A DNA stretch of 64,000 nucleotides, taken from Octopus sinensis (Eukaryota). This document shows positions 50,578 to 63,510 of this stretch, in pieces (the stretch's first letter is position 1; the number at the start of each line of letters is the position of its first letter). The stretch spans positions 10,726,001 to 10,790,000 of the forward strand of contig NC_043005.1 in assembly GCF_006345805.1 (NCBI RefSeq), in the 5' to 3' direction. Under the pieces are notes generated by a model. It saw only the letters and a list, made by a program, of their open reading frames with translations, did not search any database and was not told the DNA's origin. Both the position numbers and the translations under genes were made by a program.

Positions 50578-52520
50578 TCATACATATATACATACACATG
50601 CATGTATATATAATATATTCATACATATATACATACACATGCATGTATATATATACATACATACATACACATGCATATATATATACATATATGTAAATAT
50701 ACATATATACATACATACACATGCATATATATATACATATACATATATGTAAATATACATATATACATACATACACATGCATATATATATACATATACAT
50801 ATATGTAAATATACATATATACATATGCATATATATATATACGTATATGTAAATATACATATACTCATACATATATATGAATATACATTACTCATACATA
50901 TATATAAATATACATATACTCATACATATAAATAAATATACATATACTCATAAATATATATATACTCATACATATATATATAATATATATATATATTATA
51001 TTAAATTAGAGATAAAACCACCATTAGGAAAATCAAACAGTGAAAAACATAAGCCAATACATAAAATTAATTTAAAAATATAAAATTTAAAAATTATTTA
51101 AATAATTTAAACTTATAAATTTTAAATATATATACAAATATATATATATATATGTATGTATATTTTATGTATTTTTTAGTGGTTTTATCTCTAATTTAAT
51201 ATATATATATATATATAAGTTTATCATAAAATATAGTTTTAAACCATATTAATATAAAAATACATAATGTAATAATACCATTATAATTAATTAAGAAAGA
51301 AAAGAAACAGTTTATCAATTAAGTAAAAATGTCTTCTGTATTGCTAGATTTAAGGAAAATCTATAACAATTAAAATGGGTTTAAATAAAAAAAAAAATCG
51401 TCAGTCCTTAAGATAAGAATTTTATTTTAATTAAGATTCTTAATTGTTGTTGTTATCTTTTTTTGTTGTTGTTTTTTCTCTGTTAAAATAATATGATTAT
51501 TTGATTTAAAATAATTGAAAATTGTAAAACATTCAAATGTTTTTTTGCATGGCTGAATTAAAATAATTAGTTAACAAGTAAAAAAAAAAAAAAAAAAAAA
51601 GAAAGGAAAAATGCAAAACAATAATAAAGCAAAATATCCCCCAAGGGCTCCGTAGAGGAAAAGAGTTGGAAGTGAAGCCAAGATGGCTTTATTGTAGAGG
51701 ATATAAATGAAGATGCAGCAGTTTGTAAAATTGATTTGTAAATAAAGATGATGACAATAACAAACTTTCTGATTTATACTATTGAAATTTAAAGTTTTCA
51801 GATTTCTCCAAGAAGGGAAACTTTGTAAAACAAAACAAAGAAATATCTGTGGATGGTTCCCGTTTTGCATGATAGAATTTTGTGTGGAGGCAAATGTTTC
51901 CAAACATACATAGATATATGTTGGTGTGTGTTTGTATATATGTATGTGGGTGTGTGTATATATATTATATATATATATAATATATATATATATATAATAT
52001 ATATATATATTCATACATATATACATACATACACATGCATATATATATATATATTCATACATATATACATACATACATACACATGCATGTATATATATAT
52101 TATATATATATATATATTCATACATATATACATACACATGCATGTATATATATATATATTCATACATATATACATACACATGCATGTATATATATACATA
52201 CATACATACACATGCATATATATACATATATGTAAATATACATATATACATACATACACATGCATATATATACATATACATATATGTAAATATACATATA
52301 TACATACATACACATGCATATATATATATACATATACATATATGTAAATATACATATACATATGCATATATATATACGTATATGTAAATATACATATACT
52401 CATACATATATATGAATATACATTACTCATACATATATATAAATATACATATACTCATACATATAAATAAATATACATATACTCATAAATATATATATAC
52501 TCATACATATATATATAAAT
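49441..52520. repeat. Tandem duplication, period ~1553 bp (49441-50993 and 50994-~52520)
   Basis: TATTATATTAAATTAGAGATAAAACCACC recurs at 49441 and 50994; the unique segment CCCAAGGGCTCCGTAGAGG recurs near 50099 and 51640. Each unit holds a 24-bp inverted repeat (49445-49468 / 49633-49656). Confidence 0.92.
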
Positions 52521-52661
52521 ATATATATACATATATATATATATACACATTTATATATAGACATATGCATACATGTATATTTATATGTATATACATACAC
52601 ATATATACATACATACATGTATATATATACACATATATACAATCTTACATACACACATGTG

Positions 52662-52695
<34 letters not shown>

Positions 52696-53129
52696 TATAG
52701 ATACTTCCATACACACACGTGTGTATATATATATATATATATAATATATATATATATAATATATATACACACACATATATACATACATACACATGTCTAT
52801 ACACACACACACACACACACACATATATATGTATGTATTTATTTGTATATGTCTATGTATAAGCATTTGTATTCATATGTGTGCTTCTGTCTATCTATCT
52901 ACACACACACACACACACACACATGTATGTACAGTTTTAAACAGTACATCGATATTTAGAGCACCATATTCAAAATAGAATGTATGAGTGAAACATGATT
53001 TTGATCTATGTCTAATCTTTTTCTCTTAATGAATTATCATATTTCCTTGGTAGCCTAGTAGCCATCTAGCTTGGAGCAGTAACGTTCCTAAAATCCATTA
53101 ATCTTTCAGGACCTTCTTACTTCAGCATA

Positions 53130-53801
53130 TAAATGATGCTAGTGGTGCATTCCGTAGTGGGCAGCAAAGGACCATGGAAACAATGTTGTAACTGATAAAA
53201 CCCTCATTACTAGATTTAGAATTGTTTGCCATTAATTGCTGATAACTTTTATAGATTATTCCATGTGTGCTTTGTATTTTGCTCTTAGTAAAGATTTTCG
53301 AATTAATGTAGTTTTGTTACAATTCAAATGGGATGATGGAGTTTGGAATGTTTTTTATCCAGTTTGGTTTTCTGTAATGAATGAAGGTGGTGCGTAATGG
53401 CTCTTGTAAATATGTGGCCAACTAATGCAGAAACGCTGTAGATGTCAAGAAATATACACCTTAAATATTTAGATTAAAATTGGTGTATTACATAGGCGGT
53501 TAGAGCTCAGATCTTATGGTTTCCTGTTTCTGAGAAGGGTTATTTTGTCTAAAATCTGGTGTTTTTGTAATATATTCCAACTATTAGTTTGTGGTTAGGA
53601 ATGATTCTGATGTTGTTTTAAGATTTATAATGATGTATTTTTCTCATCTGTAACTAGGCTTCATTTGGTTCTTATAATAAACAACGAATCTATTTACTGG
53701 GTGTTGTCTTTCCTATTAAAGTGATTTAATTTATTCTTGTAGTGTTCTATAGTCTGGTCCATATTTCAGTGTATGTTATGAACTACTTTGCTGCCCACTA
53801 C
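53130..53801 (-). mobile_element. Degenerate Penelope-like element, GIY-YIG endonuclease region
   Basis: Minus-strand frames pieced together give KLIVGIYYKN...YVIHQF...VGHIFTRAITHHL...EQNTK...KLSAI, resembling the IYYKN / VIY.F.C / YIG.T..L.RL..H pattern; many stops. Confidence 0.5.
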
Positions 53802-54289
53802 ATAAAAAAAAAATTAAAAGCAACTACTGGTTTCATTTAGGTTATATGCTAAGAAGTTCATGGAACATTAATGTATTGAGTGGTTTTGTCACAAATTACA
53901 CTTAAAAGGCTAAGAAGGAAATATGAAAGATAATTCCCATTTGTATACAAGAAATACTGTTCCTTATGTATGTGTCTACATGTGTATATATCTAACATGT
54001 GTGCAAGTGTATATGATGTATTTGTGTGTATGTATGCCTGTATATTCATGTGTGTATATACATATTTGTACCTGTACATGTATATATGTTTATATATATA
54101 TGTGCAAGCATGTATAAATGTTTGTGTGTATATATATATATATGTGTGAATATACATAAACATATATATAAACAATGAATTTGAAAAATGTTTCCACTCT
54201 ATGTATTGAGTACTGTACCCTTAATTGGTAGCAAATTAAAATAGTAGCATATAAGGGAGGAGGTTGGGCAGAAATTTTCATTCAGAAAG

Positions 54290-54329
<40 letters not shown>

Positions 54330-54495
54330 GAAATGTAGAAGGAAGGAAGGCTATATTGAATTTCCTTAGTGATTGTGGTAATATTGTACAGTATATTTGA
54401 CTTATAAACAAGTAATAACAGTGAAGCAATTTTATAAATATGCATCTTGTAGAAAAATAATTTTTCCTGATTATAAATATATACACTTAGAAATA

Positions 54496-54731
54496 CGTAA
54501 GGCGGTGAGCTGGCAGAAATGTTAGCACGCCGGGTGAAATGCGTAGCCGTATTTCGTCTGCCGTTACGTTCTGAGTTCAAATTCCGCCAAGGTCGACTTT
54601 GCCTTTCATCCTTTCGGGGTCGATAAATAAAGTACCAGTTACGCACTGGGGTCGATGTAATTGACTTAATCCCTTTGTCTGTCCTTGTTTGTCCCCTCTA
54701 TGTTTAAGCCCCTTGTGGGCAGTAAAGAAAC
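54496..54731 (+). mobile_element. SINE family B (tail B1), young copy
   Basis: 17-bp TSD ATATACACTTAGAAATA (54479-54495, 54732-54748). Confidence 0.9.
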
Positions 54732-55143
54732 ATATACACTTAGAAATATATATGGTTATATAAATATTTTGATAAATGTATGCCAATAATTCACTAATAT
54801 ATGAATTTATATACACTCGTATATGAATATGTGCCCATATATGTCTGAAAAACTATTTTTTTTATATGTTTGCATCATAAATAGTAAAATATATGCAACC
54901 AAACTCATGCAGAAGGAAAAAAGGATTTAAAGAAATAAAATATATGAATACAAAAAACACAATATAGAAAGTTGAATGGGTGGTATAAAAACAAGAGGGG
55001 GGAAAAAATGAGCAAAGCTTTATCAAGAGTACTGAGTCTAACTTTATATATTTTTTTACTGAATGATGTTGATACAAGCAGATGAGTGTTACAAATCGTT
55101 AAGTAGTTATTAATATATGTAATAATCAGTAATATGGTGTTAC

Positions 55144-55179
<36 letters not shown>

Positions 55180-56694
55180 CATGATAATTAAAAACTTAAA
55201 GATGCATAGATAACAAAATACTTACTTGTGTGTGTGTATTTAAACATGTGCATCTATTTTCATAGATATATGTATGCACATATAAGCATATTTACATACA
55301 CATGTATATATATATGTGTATATATGCACTTGCATAGACATACACACACACGCACACATACTTATGTAGATTCATATATATATATATATATTAATACATA
55401 TGCATGCTCATATACAACCACATATACCCCACATATACTTATGTGTAATTACTTGTACATGTGCTTGTGTATGACAAATGATAGAGCTGCAAAAGTCATT
55501 ATTACTAATTTCATTGCAGTTACATCCTGTTAATGTGTGAGGTAGTAATGGAACATACAGTAAAATTATATACCTATGTAGATGGGTGTGTGTATGCATG
55601 TATATAAATAATGTTTTGGTGAGTGTAGCAGGAAAGCAAGAGATGCTAGAATTTTGGAACCGCCAAATGCACTCTGACTGGGATAGTCAAATGGTGTTTA
55701 CATCTTGTAGCTGTCATTTTTGAAGAGAGATTGTTTACATAAAGACATCATGCTTAACGAATATGTTTACTACACCTTGTTTAGGTGTGTAGAAGGAGAA
55801 CGAAACAGTTTTATAAAAATGTTTTATTGCAAAATGTGTGAAATATTCACAGACTGTTTTGATGATGAAAATCTTAGAATGTTATTTGTATGTTTATAAC
55901 CATCGTTTTATAGGATTGGTGGGTATTACTGTCAAAAGCCATTCCCTGCTTTGTTGAACATCTTACAAAGCTTATTGTATTTCACAGTGTTTGAGCACAC
56001 ACCAAGAAATGAACTTAGAGAGAACAAATTACATAGAACTTTCAAAGCATTTCAGATCTTGTTTGTCTCTGAAATTAATTTTCTCAGCTGTATGTTTAGT
56101 TTGCTTCGTAACCATGTGATTGCAGGTTCAGTACTCCTGCGTGGCACCTGAGGCAAGTGTCTTCTGTTGTAACTCTAGACTGACAAACATTTTGTCAGTG
56201 GATATGACAGACAGATACTGAAGAGAAACCTACTGTGTGTGTTTTTCTTTATATCTGTGCTTCTGTGAAAGTTTGGACATTAAGATGATGTTGATATTTT
56301 TCCTATCAATAAATTGTCTAATTGCTTCTTGCTTTTGAAGCCATGTAAGTTTATAGACCCCTCAGTTGAGAGACTAATAAGGAATAGTTAGCATTGAGGG
56401 CCTCCGGCTGTAACATGTGTACCTAGTCTGTGCTAGCTTGGAAAAACAGGTAAAACAAGAAAAAAAAGTTATAGGTGTTGCTTGAGAAAGACCTTGTTTA
56501 GAAGAAAATCATTGTCATTAACTAATTTCACTTTTTTTTTCTCAAATATGTTTCACAATATTACTTATATGAATCATAACATCAATTACATGAAATAGAA
56601 ACTGTCCACTTGCAAGTGGTAGTGTGCATTGCTTGTTAGAATATTTATATATTTTTGGATAAGCAAATTTATTTGCAAGTGATTTCAAAGTTAA

Positions 56695-56914
56695 CCCTTT
56701 CGTTACTGTATTTATTTTGAGATGCTCTGTGGTTCTTTCAATTACTTTAAATATAACAAAGAATTTAGTAAAATTACTTAGTTATCATTAAGCTAGTGTT
56801 AGGAACATAAATTGTGACTAAGGTTTGGTGGAAGATTTTAATTCAAAACTTATGAAAACAATACATTTGTACTCAGAACCAGAGCCTGTTTCAGCCGGGT
56901 TGGTAACGAAAGGG
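56695..56914 (+). mobile_element. TTAA/piggyBac-type MITE (family F)
   Basis: TTAA|CCCTTTCGTTAC ... GTAACGAAAGGG|TTAA. Confidence 0.9.
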
Positions 56915-58067
56915 TTAATACTGTTTTTGAGACAGCATATGAAATTTGGACTTGTTAATTTATTGGTTTTGGTTTTAAGTTTATTCTAAAATTAATCAAG
57001 ATGCTGAGAGTAGTATAGTAAGTTTTGAATGAATTTGAAGAAAGTCCACTGAATGATTGTGAACGAAAAATGTTAAACCTTTCATTAAATGATCAGTGGA
57101 GTGACTTCCCTTGTATTGGAGATTAATTTTTAATACCATTAGATGTATGTATTGTTCTTTACTGTATATTTTGAGTAATTTAACATATGTTGATCAGGGG
57201 TATCCTAGTAATAGTTACTTCATCCCCTTGGAACAAAGCTACCATTAAAAGCAAGAGGAAAAAGGGGTAAAAACATTAACGGAAAAAGGGGTAAAAATAT
57301 TAACGGAAAAAATAATTTGATGAGAATGAATTTCTTTTGTAAACAACATCTTTCTCAGACAACACTGGAAATTAATTTTGCTGAAACATATAAACACTGT
57401 TGTCACAATTCTGAATACTTCATGATTTTCAGAAACTGTTAGTTAAATAAGAAGCCAGAGAATAGTTTATGTAAGTAATGGTTCCTGAGTAAGTGAAGCT
57501 TGCAATCACTAGATGATCTAAGAATTTCTTTTATCAAATGATAATTCCACATCATTTTATGATCTTTTTTCCTAAGCTTTGATCTTACTTTTATATCCCC
57601 AGTAAAAGTGTAGTAAATATTTTCAAGAAGTATAATTACTCTCTGTAAATGAAAGAAAAAGAAAAAAGCCACCCAGAATTAACAATTCCATGAAAGTACA
57701 AACTATTTTGCACCCAGACTATCACATCCAATACATGTGTGCCTTTTAAAACACTTTTTTTATATGTGCAAATTTTTGCTGTACATTACATTACTGTTCT
57801 AAAGATTTGAGAGTAGAAACTGTTGTAAAATTTGTAATCCTATATAATATAATAATTTATAATATCAACCATATGAATGTAACTGACATACCATGAATGT
57901 TCACTGTTCAGTTGCAAAGATTTAGTTGAAAAAAACAAAGTGCTTACTCAATGTAAATATTTCTGTCTCATGCTTACACACACAAGCATGTATCTGACTC
58001 ATACATTGTTCGCTTTCCAGACATTTTTACATTACTGCATGTACTTTATATGCACTTTCTGACAAGT

Positions 58068-58105
58068 TGTGGTGCACCTGAGCACTGTATACAATAATTT
58101 CATTA
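58068..58105 (+). repeat. 38-nt dispersed repeat, identical to 11067-11104
   Basis: TGTGGTGCACCTGAGCACTGTATACAATAATTTCATTA at both sites followed by ATT-rich sequence; probably a retroelement 3' terminus. Confidence 0.75.
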
Positions 58106-58656
58106 CATTATATATTATACAAACATGTAGATATGTGTGTGCAAGGGTGTGTGTGTAAAAAAAAAAACGAAAAGAAAAGAAAATGGTAGTTGTCTCCGTG
58201 GTAAAAATATTCAGTGAAGTTCAAGAATTTGTTTCAAGTTTTATGTGTGCAAAGGTAGAATGAAATGTGTGAAGATGGACATTTTTTCACTGTTGGGAAA
58301 ATTTGTTTCTCTCTCATGATGTTTTGGCAGAACATCAGATCACTCCTCCATGTGGCATGTGAAATTCACATTACACACACACACAAAATGAGCATTATAA
58401 ATAAAGGGCATTTTCTCAGTGTGCATATGTCCATCATTTCTCAATTATAACATAGTTTGATTAATAAGTAACAGCTGATTTTTACTTCTAAGTAGTAATA
58501 TTTTTATCTCACAGGACCTGGCAAGGGCAAATAATTCTATTGTTAGTTTTTATTATTATTTGTAGTTGAGGGTGAATGGCAGTAGGTCGTCTACAAGAAC
58601 CTCTTTTGTATGTCAGCATATTTCAGAAACATATTATTTGATATATATATTTATGT

Positions 58657-58963
58657 GGAGGCATAATGGCCCAGTGGTTAGGGCAGCGGACTCGCGGTCG
58701 TAGGATCGCGGTTTCGATTCCCAGACCGGGCGTTGTGAGTGTTTATTGAGCGAAAACACCTAAAGCTCCATGAGGCTCCGGCAGGGGGTGGTGGTGATCC
58801 CTGCTGTACTCTTTCGCCGCAACTTTCTCTCACTCTTTCTTCTGTTGGCCTGCTCGCTTAGCCAGCGGGGTGGCGTCATTTGAAGGCTAAAACAATGCGA
58901 AGCGCATTGTGACCAGCGGTGTGCAGCAACATCTGATAGCCTGGTCGGTCACGGTGATCACGT
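58657..58963 (+). mobile_element. SINE with the family A tRNA-like head but a different 3' half (tail A2)
   Basis: Matches A1 copies through CAACTTTCTCTCACTCT, then switches to TGTTGGCCTGCTCGC...GTCACGGTGATCACGTGAT. Confidence 0.85.
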
Positions 58964-59473
58964 GATATATATTTATATTATTTATGTAAATGTGTGAGTA
59001 TATTAAACATACATATATGTACGACTGGGTATGGATATTTTCATGAATGTTGTATGTGTGAATACATCTAGTAATGAATGTATTTTCTGTGTATTTTGCA
59101 AAAGCTTTTTTAAACATGCATGTGTGTGTGTGTGTGTGTGTATCTGCATGCATATTCATTCATAGATCACACACACACACACACACACCACACACACACA
59201 CATATATTGTGCTTTATGTAAGTGTGTAATCTATGAATGAATTTCAAAAATAAGCTAATATAAAACATTATCAGTATGAAATTACCTACCCTGATTACAA
59301 AGTTATTGATAACTTTAAACACACAAACATAAATATATAAGCCAGAAGCAAATTTCCTCTTTAGTTTAATGACTGTGTACAAATTTCAAGCAACAATATC
59401 TTTTGATTTCACATTTATTTTCCTCTACTCACATTTGTATGTTTATATCTGATGCATTAACATGACGAAAGGA

Positions 59474-59512
<39 letters not shown>

Positions 59513-59516
<4 letters not shown>

Positions 59517-59708
59517 CCAGCTCTGTCTGGCACCTGTGCGGGTGGCACGTAAAAAGCACCCACTACACTCACAGAGTGGTTGGCGTTAGGAAGGGCATCC
59601 AGCCGTAGAAACACTGCCAGACCTGACTGGGCCTGATGAAGCCTTCCAGCTTCTCAGACCCCAGTTGAACCGTCCAACCCATGCTAGCATGGAGAACGGA
59701 CGCTAAAT
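59513..59708 (+). mobile_element. Family D element, truncated, abutting (TA)n
   Basis: GGTGGCACGTAAAAAGCACC plus D core to GGACGCTAAATG. Confidence 0.85.
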
Positions 59709-60592
59709 GGTAAAATAATATAAATTTTTCTCTATATTATCAATATATTATTTATGTTTCTGACATGCAGTAGTTTTTATGTCACCTTCTGAGAACTATT
59801 ATAATTTTACACTCTGCTGCACACCCATGGTACAACGGTTAGCTATTTTGTCCATGAAAGTATATGTTTCAAAGCAGTTTATTATTTGAGATATTTTGTG
59901 TACTTTCCTGACAACCTGTTATCTCACAAGCACATTGTTATTTCTTTTGATCGTAGTTGTCGAAACTTAAGCGTAAACGAATATTTAGCAGTATTTGTTT
60001 AACAAATGAATTTGTTTTGATTCTTAAATAATTTTTGTACATACAAGGGAAATAACTACTTAGCGATCTCGAGTACACGGTGTTTCATAATTGACGCAAG
60101 TTACCTCCCTTGCAACGCAAACGTAATTGCCATATTTTTATATGTGGATGAGAGAAGGAGAAAGAGGACGTGGGTGTGCTTCATTAGGCATTTGTCATTC
60201 TTGATAAAGTTTTTCTCTTTTCTTCAAATTTATTTGATTGACATTAAAAGAAAGTATACCTGAATTTCCCTAACTTGATCATGAGAGGATGACAGGTTTT
60301 GCAATTTTAATGTTAGTTAAAAGAAAATGTTTTCTTTTAAAAATTTAAATTGTATTAGCATTCATTGCATATATATCCCACTCTTGTTTTGTATTTCATA
60401 AAAATGGTTTTGTTTGTTCTTTCCTAAGTGTGTGTGTGTGTGTGTGTGTGTGTACATAGAGACATATAGTGAAGTTCTGGGAGTCATACAATAAGAAAAA
60501 TTAAAGTAATGGTGGCAGTAACTCATTAAAAAATAGTTATTATGCTCCATTGTTACATGTGAGAAGTTCTCTCCAGATAACTATCACAGTAC

Positions 60593-60895
60593 TCATCATC
60601 ATCATCATCGTTAGCGTCCGTTTTCCATGCTAGCATGGGTTGGACGGTTCTACTGGGGTCTGTGAAGCCAGAAGGCTTCATCAGGCCCAGTCAAATCTGG
60701 CAGTGTTTCTACGGCTGGATGCCCTTCCTAACGCCAACCACTCCGAGAGTGTAGTGGGTGCTTTTTACGTGCCACCCGCACAGGTGCCAGACAGAGCTGG
60801 CAAACGGCCACGAACGGATTGGTGCTTTTTATGTGCCACCGGCACGAGGGCCAGACGAGGCTGGCAACGGACACGAAACGGGGCGGTGCTGGCAG
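60593..60895 (-). mobile_element. Family D element, two modules
   Basis: (CAT)n plus D core; inverted relative to the 59513 copy. Confidence 0.87.
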
Positions 60896-62924
60896 TTCTA
60901 ACACAACATAGACTTTCATGTGGGGTTATAGATATTACTTTTTGGTATTAATGCTGATTTTGTCTCTATTATTAATTTTTAATTATCCCACTATCTATTT
61001 GCGACACCAGTGCCTGATTAAGCACTGAGATTTTATGTATATCAGTAGTGAAGAGATCACTGCTATTTCTAGCCTTTGGGCATCTACCATTGTCAAGGAC
61101 AAGGAAGGCCAAAATCACATGATCTGGTTCTCCCAGCAGCTGTAATGGCAGTTGATTTTATTTCCCCACTAGTGATATTAACAAGTTCTCACATGGTAAC
61201 TATCACAGTATTATGAGTTCTCTTACAACATCCAGTTTTAAATGAGCATAAATATTACCTTTTCATATCTCCTTGTTTATTTATACACTGGTGTAAGAAT
61301 TCTTCAACAAAATTTTACAGAAAATTATAGGTTAGTTTTTGTCAGGTGGGATGTTTCTTGAAATTCTATAGCTGAGACTTGCTCACGATGATTGAGATTT
61401 TAAGGAACAAATTCTTCATTTTTATGGTTTGAAAGAGGATTGAGTCATTTATTTTGCTTGAAGTTGAAATAAGTCCAGCTCTTCTGCTTATTAAAATCTT
61501 ATTGTTTATTTAGTTGCAGTGGATTTTGATATTTTCAACATAAATCTTGCTTCATCTAGTTGCGTGCCATGTTAAAAGCACCAGTATACTCTGTGGAGTG
61601 GTTATTTGTATAATATGTGTGTGTATTACATGGGTGTATAACTATGTATACATACATATAATATGTACGAGTGTATGTATATATAATATACGCATGTATG
61701 TATGTAAACATGTATGTCTGATTAGTTAAGAAGCTTGCTTCAAAACCATGTGGTTACAGTTTCATTCTCTCTGTATATATGTGTGTGTGTGCATATATAT
61801 ATATATATATGTGATGATGATGATGATGTATTATTTAGGAAATTAAGTTATGGCCAGCTACAGAGTGACTATCGAAGGCATGATGCACCTTCAGTTATTT
61901 GCTTCTGGTGAGTTGCCTATACTGCTAAGTGCTTTATAGGTGTGAAGCCAATGGTCGCTCAGTGACAGGTCATAACAGCTAACTTCTTGAAAGGATATAT
62001 TACTGCACTAATGCTTTAGAGTGAGCTTTTCTTCTGGATATATGAACTATTGATGATACACACACTCACACACACACACAGAGGTTTTGTTCTCATAATT
62101 GTTTCACTAATCCAATAACAACAATACAAAGTATGTAACCATTAAAATGGTTTTTGTGCATTTACAGAGAATACCAAGCTATCTTTCGCAGGATCTTGTT
62201 TTTTGGAATTCCCAATAAGTTATGAATACCCAAATTGTGAAGTTCGTTATGTAATAACATGAAATTAGTTACCCGATAGTAAGAATTCAAATAAAATAGC
62301 CCTGAAAAAGGCTTTAATGCATTCCCAGAGTATATAGAACTTAGGAGGAAATGCTAATAAGTTATGTATACTAAAATAGTGAAGCATGTTACATAATAAC
62401 AGGCCAATCAAAAATGAGATAACAATTCGAAGTAAATAACTCTGAAAGGGGCTTTTGTGTATTCCCAAAGAACATTACCCTCAGTGGTGCTAGTGTTGGT
62501 ATATTCACGAATAAGTCACTAACCAAAATAAGTGGATCTATTGTTTATGAAAATACTATTTACTTGTTAAAGGGTTGTATTGGATAAAGTGTGAAAATAA
62601 CTCTAACAGTTCAAATATGAAGAAATAAGCATATTCAATTTGATTTATAACAAATAATTTAGGAAAATGAATGGGTTATTTCCCTTGGCTTATATATAAG
62701 GTTCCCTTCCATGGGCGAATGGGTTATTTCCCTAGGTTGTTAAAAGAAAATATATTAGATATATATAAGGATCCCTTCCATGGGTCCTATTATCGATTTT
62801 TTTTTGTCAACAATCTAAGTGTACCATTAGGTTTCCAGACATGAGTTCTAACTCGCGTGTCAAGTTTCATTAAAATCGAAAATGATTTAGGAGGAGTTAT
62901 ACATATATATGTGTATATATACAT

Positions 62925-62971
<47 letters not shown>

Positions 62972-63476
62972 CATACATATACACACATATATACACAACG
63001 GCTTAACAGCCTTCACCGTTTCTTTTTACTGTTTTGTTTTCACTGTCCTGTTTTTGTTATCACTTTCACCCTCCACAAAAAATCCCAAATTTTATCTAAT
63101 TTGCTTGGCAGGAAGTACTGTTTTAACGAAGTTGCATATTGCCCTTACCTTCGAAACGCGGAGTAGATAAAACAGGGGACAACTTTATGTTGCATGTCTT
63201 CTTTCTTTGTTTTTTTTTTCATTGTTCGAAAAAAAAGTTTGTTTTCTGTTTTTGTTTTTTATGTTTGCATTTCTCATTGTGTCTACATTTTTTGATGTCC
63301 TGTATCCCATATATGCATGTATATACACATGTATAGGTATGTACATACATGTATGTATATATGCATATATTTATATATTATTTATATTATTACATATATA
63401 TATATGTATATACACACACACACACATATATTTTCACATATATATACTTGGAAATAGATGCGTGGCACTTAATTAA

Positions 63477-63510
<34 letters not shown>

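Noticed and set aside
61839-61907. 69-nt segment ending in consensus donor CTG|GTGAGT, a possible FN3 exon
   Set aside because: Stop codon in phase 1 and no FN3 similarity.
5309-63476. Dozens of ORFs rich in YI, CV, HT or MY dipeptides, up to 281 aa (e.g. 50027-50872, 51571-52407)
   Set aside because: Translations of (TA)n, (TG)n and (CA)n microsatellites, which lack stops in several frames.
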